The notes beneath the pieces were generated by a model. The model was given only the letters and a program-made list of their open reading frames with translations, did no database searches and had not been told where the DNA came from. Source: an uncultured Chloroflexia bacterium (GTDB lineage: Bacteria; Chloroflexota; Limnocylindria; Limnocylindrales; CSP1-4). Taken from it: DNA of 64,000 nt. The position numbers and the translations under genes are program-made. Positions 13,657 to 24,078 of the stretch are shown here, one piece after another. The stretch is from positions 544,001 to 608,000 of the forward strand of contig CAWEYL010000001.1 of NCBI GenBank assembly GCA_963813335.1, read 5' to 3'. How positions within the stretch are numbered: the first letter of the stretch is position 1; each line of letters opens with the position of its first letter.

Positions 13657-14179
13657 CTACGCCGGCAGCCGGGCCCACTCGATCGCGGTGCAGCGGTCCA
13701 TCACGACCGACAGGCCCGCCTCGTGCGCGATCCGCGCCGCCTCCCAGTCGACGACGCCCAGCTGCAGCCACAGGCAGCGTGCTCCGGCTGGCGACCGCCT
13801 CGCGAGCGTGCGGGACGCACAGCTCGGACCGGCGGAAGACGTCGACGATGTCGAACGGACCCGTCGCGTCCGCGGCGTCGGCTAGCGTCGCGAAGGCGGG
13901 CACGCCGTGGACCGCGGCCACGTTCGGGTTGATCGGCACGCAGTCGAGGCCGCGCGCCAGCAGCGTCCGCATGACCCCGAACGACGGCCGCCAGGGGTCG
14001 GCCGACGCCCCGATGATCGCGATCCGGCGGGTCGACGACAACAGCGCCGCGATCCCTTCATCGTCGAGGACCGGGACCGGCCCGCGGCCCTCGTCGAGGT
14101 CGATGATGGCCCGCGTGCGCTCGCGGTCGGCGCGGCGCTCCGCGGCCGCCCGGGCGGCGGCCTCGTCCTCGGCGGTCAG
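13657..14179 (-). CDS. CoA-binding protein (frameshift near 13790; start uncertain)
   Basis: IAIIGAS, PINP, DIVDVFRR, then LWLQLG and VVMDRC in a shifted frame. Confidence 0.85.
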
Positions 14180-15300
14180 CCGCGCGCCTCCTTGTCGTAC
14201 GGGATCCCGTCGGCGGCGGGCGGGATGGCGCGCCCCACGACGCCGGCTAGGACGACGATCGTGAAGATGTAGGGCAGCATCCCGAAGATCTGCGGTGGGA
14301 TGGTCGAGATCACTTGCCCGAGGTCGCCCGCGGGCGGTGAGATGCGGACCGCCAGCTGCATCGACTGGACGGTCCCGAACAGGAGCGCCGCGCCGTACGC
14401 GCCGAGCGGCGTCCAGCGGCCGAAGATCATCGCGGCCAGGCCGATGAAGCCGACACCGCCGGTCATGTTGTCCTGGAACGAGTTGAACTGCTCGAGGGTC
14501 AGGTAGGCGCCGGCCAGCCCGGCGAAGACGCCGCCGAGGATGACGCTCCGGTAGCGGGTCCGGATGACGTCGATGCCGACCGTGTCGGCGGCCTTGGGAT
14601 GCTCGCCGACGGCCCGCGTGCGCAGGCCCCAGCGCGACCGGAAGAGCAGGATCTGCAGGCCGATGACGAAGACGATCAGGCTCATCGCGATCGGGCCCTG
14701 GTTGAAGAGCCCATTGATGATCGGGCCGATCAGCGGGATGTGCGCGATCTCGTCGGGGACCGTGAACCGCGGCAGGGTGGCGGTGCCGGACAGCCCCGAG
14801 GTCGAGACCAGCAGCTGGTTGAAGTAGGCCGTGCCGCCGAGGGCCAGGATGTTGATGACCGTGCCGCTGATGATCTGGTCGGCCTTGATGGTGATCGATA
14901 GCCAGGCGTGGAGCAGCGACAGGAGCATCGCCGAGATGATCGCGATGCCGATGGCCAGGATCGCCGCGGTCGGCGCGCCCACGACCGGGTCGAGGTAGGC
15001 GCCGCTCAGGAACGCCACGAAGGCCGCCGTCAGGATCATGCCCTCGATACCGATGTTGGTGACCCCGGAGCGCTCGCACATGACGCCGCACAGGGCGCCG
15101 AAGGCGATCGGCACGGCGTACTGGACGATGAGGTAGCTCAGCGGCGGGACCCGGTTCACCAGCCAGTCGACGAAGCTGCCGAGGTAGGGGATGTCGAGGT
15201 AGAGGGCGAGGGCCGCGAGCAGGACGACCGCCAGGAAGCCGCCGATCCACATGACCCGGGGATCGCGGCGGGAGACGGGCGGGAGGGCGACGGCGGTCAT
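14176..15300 (-). CDS. Nucleoside/simple-sugar ABC permease
   Basis: ERSGVTNIGIEG, GLRTRAVGEHP, GFIGLAAMIFGRW. Confidence 0.93.
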   Translation of the reverse strand: MTAVALPPVSRRDPRVMWIGGFLAVVLLAALALYLDIPYLGSFVDWLVNRVPPLSYLIVQYAVPIAFGALCGVMCERSGVTNIGIEGMILTAAFVAFLSGAYLDPVVGAPTAAILAIGIAIISAMLLSLLHAWLSITIKADQIISGTVINILALGGTAYFNQLLVSTSGLSGTATLPRFTVPDEIAHIPLIGPIINGLFNQGPIAMSLIVFVIGLQILLFRSRWGLRTRAVGEHPKAADTVGIDVIRTRYRSVILGGVFAGLAGAYLTLEQFNSFQDNMTGGVGFIGLAAMIFGRWTPLGAYGAALLFGTVQSMQLAVRISPPAGDLGQVISTIPPQIFGMLPYIFTIVVLAGVVGRAIPPAADGIPYDKEARG

Positions 15301-15309
15301 CTCGTCCTC

Positions 15310-16467
15310 CTACGCCGCGACCGCAGCGGCCGGCTGCGCGGGGCGGCGGCGGGAGCGCCACCGCGGCAGGGCGTGGTCGATGACGACCTGGGCCGCCACG
15401 AAGAGCAGGATCATGCCCTGCACGATGCCGATGATGTCGACCGGGATCTCGGTCGCGCGCTGCATCGCGCCCGCGCCGGCGCGCATGATGCCGAAGAGGA
15501 GGGCGGCGCCGACGACGCCGAACGGGTGCGCCCGCCCGAGCAGGGCGACGGCGATGCCGTCGAAGCCGTAGTTGACGATGTACTCGGCCGGGTAGTTCTT
15601 GGTGATCCCCAGGATCTCGACGCTGCCGCCGAGGCCGGCCAGGCCGCCCGCGATGCTCATGGTCAGGATCGTGATGAACGCCGGCCGGATGCCGGCGTAG
15701 CGGGCGGCGCTCGAGTTCGAGCCGACCGTCCGGATCTCGAAGCCGAGCGTCGTCTTGTAGATCAGGAACCAGATGAAGACCGCGGTGAGCAGCGCGATGA
15801 CGATCCCGAGGTGCAGTCGGGTGTCCGCGAGGATGATCGGGAGGGCGGCCTCGGGCGTGATGTCCGGCGTCCGCGGGAACGTCGCGTTCGGGTCCTTGAA
15901 GATCGTGCTGGCCACGAGGTTCAGGAACAGGTAGGCGATGCTGTTGAGCATGATCGTGGTGACCACCTCGTGGGCACCGCGCCAGGCCTTGAGGGCACCC
16001 GGGATGAAGCCGTACGCGGCCCCGCCGAGCGCCCCGGCCGCGAGCGCCAGGATCATCGCGATCGGGAACGGGATGCCGGCGATGGTGCCGACGATCGCGG
16101 CGCAGAACCCGCCGATCAGCAGCTGGCCGTTGGCCCCGATATTGAACAGGCCGGCCTTGAAGCCGATCGCCACCGACAGGCCGGTGAAGATGAGCGGTGT
16201 CGCGGCATTCAGGGTGTTGGCGATCGCCTTGGGGCTGCCCAGGGCGCCTTCCAGCATCGCGCGGTAGGCGGTGAACGGCAGCGTCAGGTCGAGCGTGTGG
16301 CTGGGTCCGATGAGGCCCGAGATGACGATCAGGATCGCCCCGGCGAGCAGCCCGAGCAGGATGGCGATGACCGTCACCACCAGCTGGCGCCCCAGGGTGC
16401 CACCCTGGCCGAGGCTGGTCGGGTCGACGTTCATGCCGGTCGCCCCGGGGTTCACGGCCTCGGTCAT
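15310..16467 (-). CDS. Nucleoside/simple-sugar ABC permease
   Basis: GLFNIGANGQ, HEVVTTIMLN, GFDGIAVALLG. Confidence 0.93.
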   Translation of the reverse strand: MTEAVNPGATGMNVDPTSLGQGGTLGRQLVVTVIAILLGLLAGAILIVISGLIGPSHTLDLTLPFTAYRAMLEGALGSPKAIANTLNAATPLIFTGLSVAIGFKAGLFNIGANGQLLIGGFCAAIVGTIAGIPFPIAMILALAAGALGGAAYGFIPGALKAWRGAHEVVTTIMLNSIAYLFLNLVASTIFKDPNATFPRTPDITPEAALPIILADTRLHLGIVIALLTAVFIWFLIYKTTLGFEIRTVGSNSSAARYAGIRPAFITILTMSIAGGLAGLGGSVEILGITKNYPAEYIVNYGFDGIAVALLGRAHPFGVVGAALLFGIMRAGAGAMQRATEIPVDIIGIVQGMILLFVAAQVVIDHALPRWRSRRRPAQPAAAVAA

Positions 16468-18149
16468 GCCGGCATCCCCGCGGGGCCTGCGGCATCCGCC
16501 GCGGCCGTGGGCTCCGCCTGGCCGGTGGCCATCATCAGGCCGACCTGCTCCTTGACGGCCGTCTCCCCGTCGAGGATCGCGACGAGCCGGCCGCGGTACA
16601 TCACGCCGATCCGGTCACTCAGCTCGAGGACCTCGTCGAGCTCGGCGGAGACCAGCAGGACGGCCGTGCCCGCGTCGCGCTTGGCGACGATCTGGTTGTG
16701 GATGAACTCGATCGACCCGACGTCGATCCCGCGGGTCGGCTGGTCGGCGATCAGCAGCGTGAGCGGGCGGCTGAACTCGCGTGCCACGATCAGCTTCTGC
16801 TGGTTGCCGCCGGACAGGGTGTTGGTCGGGACCGCACCGGACGGGGTGCGGATGTCGAACTCGGGGATGAGCTCGCCCGCGCGCTTGGTGATCGCGCCCT
16901 CGTTGATGACCCCGTAGCGCGAGTACGGCGCGTCGTGGAAATCGGTCAGGACGAGGTTGTCCTCGATCGGGAAGGCCAGGACCAGGCCGTAGCGGTGCCG
17001 GTCACCCGGGACATAGGCCACGCCGCGCCCGGACAGGTCGCGCGGGGAGTGGTTGATGACGTCCTCGCCGGCCAGCTTCACGACGCCGGACAACGCCTTG
17101 CGCAGGCCCATCAGGGCCTCGACGAGCTCGGCCTGTCCGTTGCCGGCGACACCGGCGATCCCGAAGATCTCGCCGGCACGCACCTCGAAGCTGAGGCCGT
17201 CGACGACGGTCGTGCCGCGGTCGTCCGCGACGGAGATGTCGGCGACGTCGAGCACGACCTCCCCGGGCGACGCCGGGCCTTTCTCGACGACCAGCGACAC
17301 CTCGCGCCCGACCATCATCTCCGCGAGGTCCTCCTCGGTCGCCGTCTTCGGGTCGGCCTGGCCGACCACCTTGCCGCGCCGGATGACGGTGATCGTGTCG
17401 GCGATCTCGAGCACCTCGTACAGCTTGTGGCTGATGAACACGATGCTGGTGCCCTCGGAGGCCAGCCGCCGGAAGACGAGGAAGATCTCGGCGGTCTCCT
17501 GCGGGGTCAGCACGGCCGTGGGCTCGTCGAGGATGAGGACCTTGGCCCCGCGATAGAGGGCCTTCAGGATCTCGATGCGCTGCTGGATGCCGACCGACAG
17601 GTCGCCGACCAGGGCGTTCGGGTCGATCTCGAACCCAAGCTGGTGCGCGAGGTCGCGGATACGGCCGTCCGCCTTCCGGGTGTCGAGGAAGACCGGGTTC
17701 GCCATGGTCTCGTTGCCGAGCACGATGTTCTCGGCCACGGTGAAGACCGGGACGAGCATGAAGTGCTGGTGGACCATGCCGATCCCGCGGGCGATGGCGT
17801 CGGACGGGCCGGCGATGGCCGTCGGCGCGCCGTCGAGCAGGATCTCGCCCGCGTCCGGGGTGAGCAGCCCGTACAGGATGTTCATCAGGGTGCTCTTGCC
17901 GGCGCCGTTCTCGCCGAGCAGGGCGTGGATCTCGCCGGGCTTGATCTGCAGGTCGATCCCGTCGTTGGCGACGACACCGGGGAAGCGCTTGGTGATGCCG
18001 CGCATCTCGAGGCTGGGTGCCGCGCCGGCCAGGACCTGCGGGTCGATGGTGATCCCGCCGCGCGCCCGCTCGGCGGCGACCTGGGCGGGGGTCGGCTCGG
18101 CTGCCGTGATCGAGCCTTCGGGGTGCGGGACGGGCGGGACCTCGGCCAC
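16464..18149 (-). CDS. Nucleoside ABC transporter ATP-binding protein (two ATPase halves)
   Basis: GENGAGKST, ILDEPT, LSGGNQQK, QPTRGIDVG. Confidence 0.95.
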   Translation of the reverse strand: MAEVPPVPHPEGSITAAEPTPAQVAAERARGGITIDPQVLAGAAPSLEMRGITKRFPGVVANDGIDLQIKPGEIHALLGENGAGKSTLMNILYGLLTPDAGEILLDGAPTAIAGPSDAIARGIGMVHQHFMLVPVFTVAENIVLGNETMANPVFLDTRKADGRIRDLAHQLGFEIDPNALVGDLSVGIQQRIEILKALYRGAKVLILDEPTAVLTPQETAEIFLVFRRLASEGTSIVFISHKLYEVLEIADTITVIRRGKVVGQADPKTATEEDLAEMMVGREVSLVVEKGPASPGEVVLDVADISVADDRGTTVVDGLSFEVRAGEIFGIAGVAGNGQAELVEALMGLRKALSGVVKLAGEDVINHSPRDLSGRGVAYVPGDRHRYGLVLAFPIEDNLVLTDFHDAPYSRYGVINEGAITKRAGELIPEFDIRTPSGAVPTNTLSGGNQQKLIVAREFSRPLTLLIADQPTRGIDVGSIEFIHNQIVAKRDAGTAVLLVSAELDEVLELSDRIGVMYRGRLVAILDGETAVKEQVGLMMATGQAEPTAAADAAGPAGMPA

Positions 18150-18192
18150 AGGCGCCTCCAGACGATGCCTCGGTCAGCGAAGGATAACGAGA

Positions 18193-18220
18193 GCGGCGGG
18201 GCCCCGGAAGGCCCCGCCGC
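18193..18220 (-). terminator. 11-bp GC hairpin after the BMP gene
   Basis: GCGGCGGGGCC-CCGGAA-GGCCCCGCCGC; same position as the hairpin in the sugar operon. Confidence 0.6.
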
Positions 18221-18247
18221 GACGGTCGTGCGTGGTGCGACGACGAG

Positions 18248-19399
18248 TTACTTGGGCTGCTGGTCGACCACGACGTTGGTCTTGATGGACCCGTCGGCGA
18301 GGCCGGCATAGGTCTTGTCAAGCAGCGCCTGGATGTCCGGCGTGATGAGCGCCGCCTGGTCGTGGAACGGGGCGAGCTTGATGCCGCCGGTCGAGGCGTC
18401 ATCGGTGTGGAACCCGGCCTTGAACTGGCCGGCCGCGATGCGGATCAGCGAGGCCTGGACGGCGCCCAGGACGTTCTTGGTCGCGGAGCTGACGATGCAC
18501 TTGGAGACGCTCGGCAGGGTCAGGAACTGGTCGGTGTCGACACCGATCGCCCAGGTGCCGGGCTTCTTGCACGCCGCCTCGAGGGCGCCGTTGCCGGTCA
18601 GGCCGCCGGCGCCGAAGATGATATCGGCACCCTTGTCGATCATCTGCGTGGCCGCGTTGCTGCCCTGGGGCGGATCGGTGAACGACGTCGTGTAGACGTG
18701 GTCGACCGTGATGTCCGCCTTGACGGACTTCGCACCGGCCTCGTAGCCCTCGACGAACCGCTCGACCGGCGGGACGACCAGCAGGCCGCCGACGACGCCG
18801 ATGTGGTTCGACTTGGTGAGCGAGGCGGCGAGGACGCCGGCCATCCAGCCGGACTGGTCCTCGGCGAAGAACAGCGACTCGCCGTTCGTGGCCCAGCTCT
18901 CGTCGTGGCCCTTGCTGGGCACGCCGTCGACCGAGATGAACTTGACCTTCGGGTTGAGCTTCGCGGCGTCGCCCAGGGCGTCGCCGAGGAGGAACCCGAC
19001 GCCGATCACGATGTCCGAACCGGCATCTGTGAATTCGGCGATGTTCTTCGCATAGTCGCTCTGGCTCTGGGTCTCGATGTACTTCGTGTCGAAGCACGTC
19101 GGGGCCACGGCCAGGGCGGCCTGCATGCCCTCGTAGGCAGACTGGTTGAAGCCCTTGTCATTGATGCGGCCCACGTCGGTGACGAGGCCCACCTTCAGCT
19201 TGGTCGTGCAGGTCGCGGCCGCCGGCGATTCCGACGGGGCGACGCTGGCCGGCGCGCTCGCCGAGGGGGCGACCGATGCCGGCGCGCTCGCCGAGGGGGC
19301 GACCGATGCCGCCGGGCTCGCGGAGCTGCCGCCGCTGGAACACGCCGAGACGAAGATGGCGAGACCCGCGAACAGGGTCAAGCCGAGGCGCTTGTGCAT
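18248..19399 (-). CDS. BMP-family nucleoside-binding lipoprotein
   Basis: GGAGGA RBS, lipobox VSAC, VTDVGRINDKGFNQ, GADIIF, IGVDTDQ; ASVAPS(ASAP) linker repeats. Confidence 0.93.
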   Translation of the reverse strand: MHKRLGLTLFAGLAIFVSACSSGGSSASPAASVAPSASAPASVAPSASAPASVAPSESPAAATCTTKLKVGLVTDVGRINDKGFNQSAYEGMQAALAVAPTCFDTKYIETQSQSDYAKNIAEFTDAGSDIVIGVGFLLGDALGDAAKLNPKVKFISVDGVPSKGHDESWATNGESLFFAEDQSGWMAGVLAASLTKSNHIGVVGGLLVVPPVERFVEGYEAGAKSVKADITVDHVYTTSFTDPPQGSNAATQMIDKGADIIFGAGGLTGNGALEAACKKPGTWAIGVDTDQFLTLPSVSKCIVSSATKNVLGAVQASLIRIAAGQFKAGFHTDDASTGGIKLAPFHDQAALITPDIQALLDKTYAGLADGSIKTNVVVDQQPK

Positions 19400-19535
19400 G
19401 TGTCCTCCTCCAGACCCTCGAGCCCCGGCCGAGTCGCGCCGGTGGCCGCGAGGGATTCCGAGCCGACCGCGAGTCCCGGGTCGGCGCCGATAGGCCATCC
19501 TACCGCACCGCAGGGGACTTGGGCATACTCCTTCG

Positions 19536-20498
19536 ATGACCGAACGGATCCCGTTCATCCTCGACTGCGATCCCGGGCACGACGACGCCCTGGCCATGAT
19601 CCTGGGGATCGCCCGTCCGGAGCTCGAGCTGCTGGCGGTCACGACCGTCGGCGGCAACGCCCCGCTGGCGGCCACCACCGACAACGCGCTGCGGGTCCTC
19701 ACGCTGGCCGGCCGGACCGACATCCCGGTCGCGGCCGGTGCCGCCGGTCCGCTCATGCGACCGCTCCACGTGGCGAGCGATGTCCACGGCGGATCCGGTC
19801 TCGGCGGCGCCGACCTGCCGGATCCGACGGTCGGCGTCCGCCCGGAAGGGGCGATCGAGCTGCTGCGGGCGACGCTCGAGCGGGCCGACCGGCCGGTCAC
19901 GATCGCCGCCGTCGGCCCACTCACGAACATCGCGCTGCTGCTGCGGACGCATCCGCACCTTGCGGAGCGCATCGCCAGCCTGCGGATCATGGGCGGCGCG
20001 ATCACCGAGGGGAACACCACGGCGTCCGCCGAGTTCAACATCTGGCAGGACCCGGAAGCGGCCAGGATCGTCTTCGAGTGCGGCCGGCCGATCACGATGA
20101 TGCCGCTCGATGTCACCCACCAGGCGCTCTTCACCGACGCCGATGTGGAACGCCTGCTCGCCGTCGGCACGCGGCCGGCGCGCATCTTCGCCGACCTGCT
20201 CCGGTTCTTCGCGCGGTTCCACCGTCAGCGCTACGGCTGGGACGGCTCGCCGATCCACGACGCGGTGACCGTCGGCCATCTCGCGGTGCCCGACCTCGTC
20301 GAGACCGTCGCCTACCGCGTGGACATCGAGACGGTCGGCGAGCTGACCCGCGGCCGCACCGTGGTCGACCTGCACGGCCTCACCGGCCGGCCGCCGAACG
20401 CCGAGGTCGGCGTCGCGATCGACCGACCCCGGTTCATCGACATGCTCATCGCGGCGGTCGCCTCGATCGAGGATCGAGCGGGGCCTGCAGGAACGTGA
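19536..20498 (+). CDS. Inosine/uridine-preferring nucleoside hydrolase
   Basis: DCDPGHDD, GPLTN, MGG, AEFNIWQDPEAA, IHDA. Confidence 0.95.
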   Translation: MTERIPFILDCDPGHDDALAMILGIARPELELLAVTTVGGNAPLAATTDNALRVLTLAGRTDIPVAAGAAGPLMRPLHVASDVHGGSGLGGADLPDPTVGVRPEGAIELLRATLERADRPVTIAAVGPLTNIALLLRTHPHLAERIASLRIMGGAITEGNTTASAEFNIWQDPEAARIVFECGRPITMMPLDVTHQALFTDADVERLLAVGTRPARIFADLLRFFARFHRQRYGWDGSPIHDAVTVGHLAVPDLVETVAYRVDIETVGELTRGRTVVDLHGLTGRPPNAEVGVAIDRPRFIDMLIAAVASIEDRAGPAGT

Positions 20499-21121
20499 GC
20501 CGGCTGGCCGCCGACGGACGCGTGCTCCGCTACGTCGCGCTGGGCGACTCCTACACCATCGGCACCTCCGTGGCCGCCGACGAGCGCTGGCCCGACCAGC
20601 TGGTCGCCGCGCTCGGATCCGGCCGGCCCCGGCTCGACCTGGTCGCGAACCTCGGCGTGAACGGGTATACGTCCGCCGACGTGATCCGCGACGAACTGCC
20701 GCCCCTGGCCGGCCTGCGACCGGACCTCGTGAGCGTGCTGATCGGCGTCAACGACGTCGTCCAGGGCGTCCCGGCGGATGTGTACGAACGGAACGTCGTG
20801 CGGATCCTGGACGCGGTCCTGGAGCTCGTGCCGGCCCGCCGGATCCTGACCGTGGCGGTCCCCGACTACACCGTGACCCCGGCCGGTGCCGACTACGGCG
20901 AGCCGACCGCGCGGCGGGCCTCGATCGTCGAGCGCAACGCGACGATGGCGGTACTCGCCACCGGGCGGGGGATCGCCTTCGTCGACATCTTCGACCTGTC
21001 GTCGCGCGCCGCCGTGGACCGCTCGCTGGTCGCCGCGGACGGCCTCCATCCCTCGGCCGCCCAATACGCGCTCTGGGTCGAGCGGATCCGCCCGGTCGTC
21101 GAGGGCCTGCTGGCCAGCTAG
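20495..21121 (+). CDS. SGNH/GDSL hydrolase
   Basis: YVALGDS, IGVND, DGLHP blocks; GTGA overlap with the upstream gene. Confidence 0.9.
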   Translation: MSRLAADGRVLRYVALGDSYTIGTSVAADERWPDQLVAALGSGRPRLDLVANLGVNGYTSADVIRDELPPLAGLRPDLVSVLIGVNDVVQGVPADVYERNVVRILDAVLELVPARRILTVAVPDYTVTPAGADYGEPTARRASIVERNATMAVLATGRGIAFVDIFDLSSRAAVDRSLVAADGLHPSAAQYALWVERIRPVVEGLLAS

Positions 21122-21504
21122 CCCCGGCGCCCGTCCTGCAGCTCGTGGAGCCGTGCGTCGCTGATCCCGAAATGGTGGGCGATCTCGTGGTGGACGGTAT
21201 CGGTCACGCCGGCCGCGAGCGCGTCGGGCGTCCGGTACGCGCGCAGCAGGGGACCACGGAAGATCGTGATCTTGCTGGGGACGGCTACCTGGTCGGCGCC
21301 GTAGGCGGTCCGCGGGATGCCGTAGTACAGCCCGAAGAGCCCACGCGCCCCGACCGAGGCGAGCTGGTCGGCGGTCGGCTCCTCCTCGATGACGATCGCG
21401 ACGCTCCCGAGTCGCTCGGCGAACGCCGGCGGCAGCGCCTCGAGCGCGTCGATGACCAGTCCCTCGAGGTCGGGCTCGGGCTCGGGCGCCAGGTCGGATG
21501 TCAT
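21118..21504 (-). CDS. Zincin-like metallopeptidase (Zincin_1 type)
   Basis: LFGLYYGIP, ITIFRGP, HEIAHHFG. Confidence 0.88.
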   Translation of the reverse strand: MTSDLAPEPEPDLEGLVIDALEALPPAFAERLGSVAIVIEEEPTADQLASVGARGLFGLYYGIPRTAYGADQVAVPSKITIFRGPLLRAYRTPDALAAGVTDTVHHEIAHHFGISDARLHELQDGRRG

Positions 21505-21582
21505 GGTCGGCGCCATGGTACGGGCGATCCGCGACCCGGTCGTCGCACGCTGTCCAGGCCCGGGGCGGCCTGCTGGTCCGGT

Positions 21583-22494
21583 TCAGCTCGCGTCGAGGAT
21601 CTCCAGCACGGGCGCCATCGCCTCGAGCGCGGCCGGCGTCTGCGGCCAGAGCATGCACTCGACCCGGGTGAACCCGGCGGCATGGAACGTCAGGAGCGCG
21701 TCGGCGATCGCCTCGGCGCTCCCGTCGATGGCGCCGCTCGACGCGTCGGACCCGCCGCTGGCCACGAGCGGGGCGACCTCCACGCCGGCCGAACGACCGA
21801 TGGTCGCCGGGTCCCGCCCGACGTCCGCGCACGCGGCCAAGAGGGCCTGGAGCCGCGGGCCGAGTTCCGTGACATCGCTCTGACGCTCGGCGTAGCAGCT
21901 CCAGATGTCCGCCAGCAGGGCAGCATGGCGGACGCCCTTCGGCCCATGGCCGGCCAGCATGATCGGGATCCGGCCCGGGCGAGGCCCGACCGGACGTTGG
22001 TCGAGGTGGGCGGCGAAGTACGGACCGTCATGATCGGCGCGACCGCCGCGGAGCAGCGGCACGATGACCTGGAGCGATTCCTCGAACCGCTCGTAGACGT
22101 GGTCTTCGGGCAGCCCGAACGCGTGCGCCTGGCCGGGCCAGGCGTGTCCGGCCCCGAGACCGAAGATGAAGCGGCCCCCGCTGATCTCGTCCAGTGTCTC
22201 GACGGCCTTGGCCGTGATACCCGGATTGCGGTGCAGGGCGGCGGTCACCCAGGTCCCGACCTCGATCCGCGAGGTCACGGCCGCGACCGCGCCGGCCATC
22301 GCGACGCCTTCCCAGAAGCCCTGGGCCGGCTTGTCCTCGCGGAGCCACAGCAGCTCGTCGGGCGTCCAGACGGTGTCGAAGCCCATCGCCTCGGCACGAA
22401 GCGCGAGGTCGCGGATCTCGGCCCAGCGGGCGACCCGCCGCGGTTCGTCGATCTCGCCCGTGATGAGCGTGACGCCGACCTTGAACGGGCGCAT
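21583..22494 (-). CDS. LLM-class flavin-dependent oxidoreductase
   Basis: AEAMGFDTVW, TLDEISGGRFIFGLGAG. Confidence 0.9.
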   Translation of the reverse strand: MRPFKVGVTLITGEIDEPRRVARWAEIRDLALRAEAMGFDTVWTPDELLWLREDKPAQGFWEGVAMAGAVAAVTSRIEVGTWVTAALHRNPGITAKAVETLDEISGGRFIFGLGAGHAWPGQAHAFGLPEDHVYERFEESLQVIVPLLRGGRADHDGPYFAAHLDQRPVGPRPGRIPIMLAGHGPKGVRHAALLADIWSCYAERQSDVTELGPRLQALLAACADVGRDPATIGRSAGVEVAPLVASGGSDASSGAIDGSAEAIADALLTFHAAGFTRVECMLWPQTPAALEAMAPVLEILDAS

Positions 22495-22641
22495 GGGAAC
22501 CTCGGGTAACGAGACGGACGCGACGGAGTCTAGCGACCGGCCGGCTCACCGGGATGGTCGACACGCTTGCCGTCGTGCGATGAGCGCCGGCGGCTCGGTG
22601 TGAACAGGCGGCCAGGCCGCCCGGCCGAAGCCTGATGGGCC

Positions 22642-22668
22642 TGTAACAGCACCCCCGTCGATCGCGTC
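22642..22668 (+). promoter_or_regulatory. Putative ECF-sigma promoter TGTAAC-N17-CGTC
   Basis: AAC -35 / CGTC -10 architecture 21 nt before the ATG at 22690. Confidence 0.45.
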
Positions 22669-22689
22669 ATCTGGTTGCGCGAGGTGACC

Positions 22690-23952
22690 ATGTCGCGACG
22701 ACGAGCGCGGAGCCTGATGACGCAGCTTCTGCTGCCGGTCGTCGCCATCGTGTCGATCGTCCTGACGGGGGCCGCCTGCGGAACGGCCACCTCCTCGGCC
22801 GTACCGTCACGATCGCCGGCCATCGAGCCCACGGCACAGCCATCGGCGGCCACGACGATCACGCCAGCACCGACGCTGGCTGACGACTGGCGGCCCGTCC
22901 CGGAGCAGGCGTCGGTCCAGGGTGTCCAGTTCCACCACGTCGTCTGGACGGGAACCAGGTTCGTCGCCACGGGTGGCGCCCTCGACGGTGACGGCGCGTT
23001 CCTCGACTCCGCCGATGGCCTCGTCTGGCATCGGCAGCCGGGTTCCACGGCGGCTGCATTCCCAGACGCGCTTGCGGTCGGGCCGACCGGCGTCGTCGCG
23101 GTGGGGACGATCGACGACCATCCGGCCAGCTGGTTCTCGCCCGACGGTCTGACCTGGAACGTCAAGGCGGATGCCTTCCCGATGCCTCACCTCGGCACCG
23201 ACACGGCGAGCGTGACCAGTGTCGCGTCAACCCCGGCAGGCTGGTTGGCGGTCGGGGTCCAGGATCCCATGTGTCACGTCAACTGCGGGCTGACGCCGGT
23301 CCGGGCGCTGGTCTGGACCTCGAGTGACGGACTCCAGTGGGTCCGGGTCGCGGACCAGGCATCGTTCGACGGAGCGGGCATGAGTTCGGTCGTCGAGGGG
23401 GGACCGGGGTTCGTGGCGGCTGGCTCCAGCGCCGGGCACGCCGCGATCTGGACGTCCGCGGACGGCTCGACGTGGTCTCGTGTCGCCGACGATCCGATGT
23501 TCCACGCGCGGCACGGCACGGACCCGTCGTACTCGACCGCCGTCAGCGGGCTGGCGACCGGCCACGGGTTGAACGTCGCGGTAGGCATGGACGCTGCCGC
23601 GGGTGGTGGCGAGGGCGGGGCGGTTCGCGCCTGGTGGTCCGCCGACGGACGGACGTGGGCGGAGGCGACCGGGGACCGCTTCCAGTCGGGTCAGGTGTTC
23701 AGCGTCGCGACGACGCCAGAGGGATTCCTGGCGACCGGTCCGTCGGGTGAGCAGAGTTGCCTTGGGGGCATCTGGGCCTCGAGCGACGGGCGCGATTGGT
23801 CGTGCGTGGCCTCAGACTCGATGTTCGCTGGCTTCGGTCCATATGCGGCGGCCGCATCGTCGTCGTGCGAGGTCGCGGTCGGCCTCGAGTCCCTGGCGGA
23901 TCCACCGCCGGCCGGACTGCCAGGTGCCGTCTGGCAGCGAACGCTCCCATGA
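22690..23952 (+). CDS. Lipoprotein with six Asp-box/BNR-like repeats (probable beta-propeller)
   Basis: GAGGTG RBS, signal peptide with Cys (GAAC); SADGLVW, SPDGLTW, SSDGLQW, SADGSTW, SADGRTW, SSDGRDW. Confidence 0.75.
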   Translation: MSRRRARSLMTQLLLPVVAIVSIVLTGAACGTATSSAVPSRSPAIEPTAQPSAATTITPAPTLADDWRPVPEQASVQGVQFHHVVWTGTRFVATGGALDGDGAFLDSADGLVWHRQPGSTAAAFPDALAVGPTGVVAVGTIDDHPASWFSPDGLTWNVKADAFPMPHLGTDTASVTSVASTPAGWLAVGVQDPMCHVNCGLTPVRALVWTSSDGLQWVRVADQASFDGAGMSSVVEGGPGFVAAGSSAGHAAIWTSADGSTWSRVADDPMFHARHGTDPSYSTAVSGLATGHGLNVAVGMDAAAGGGEGGAVRAWWSADGRTWAEATGDRFQSGQVFSVATTPEGFLATGPSGEQSCLGGIWASSDGRDWSCVASDSMFAGFGPYAAAASSSCEVAVGLESLADPPPAGLPGAVWQRTLP

Positions 23953-24078
23953 CGCTCGGTGGGACCGCCCTGCCCGGCCACCGCTGAAAGCTCCCAGGCT
24001 CGAGGCTCACGCGTGGTCGTCGGGCCCTGCCGGCGGCTCTGGGGCTATCCTCAGTCGTCAGACCAGCTCGACGCGAAG

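Noticed and set aside
19240-19315. 30-bp tandem repeat in the BMP gene
   Set aside because: Ordinary ASVAPSASAP lipoprotein linker
19400-19500. Purine riboswitch in the nucleoside transporter leader
   Set aside because: No consensus core nucleotides seen
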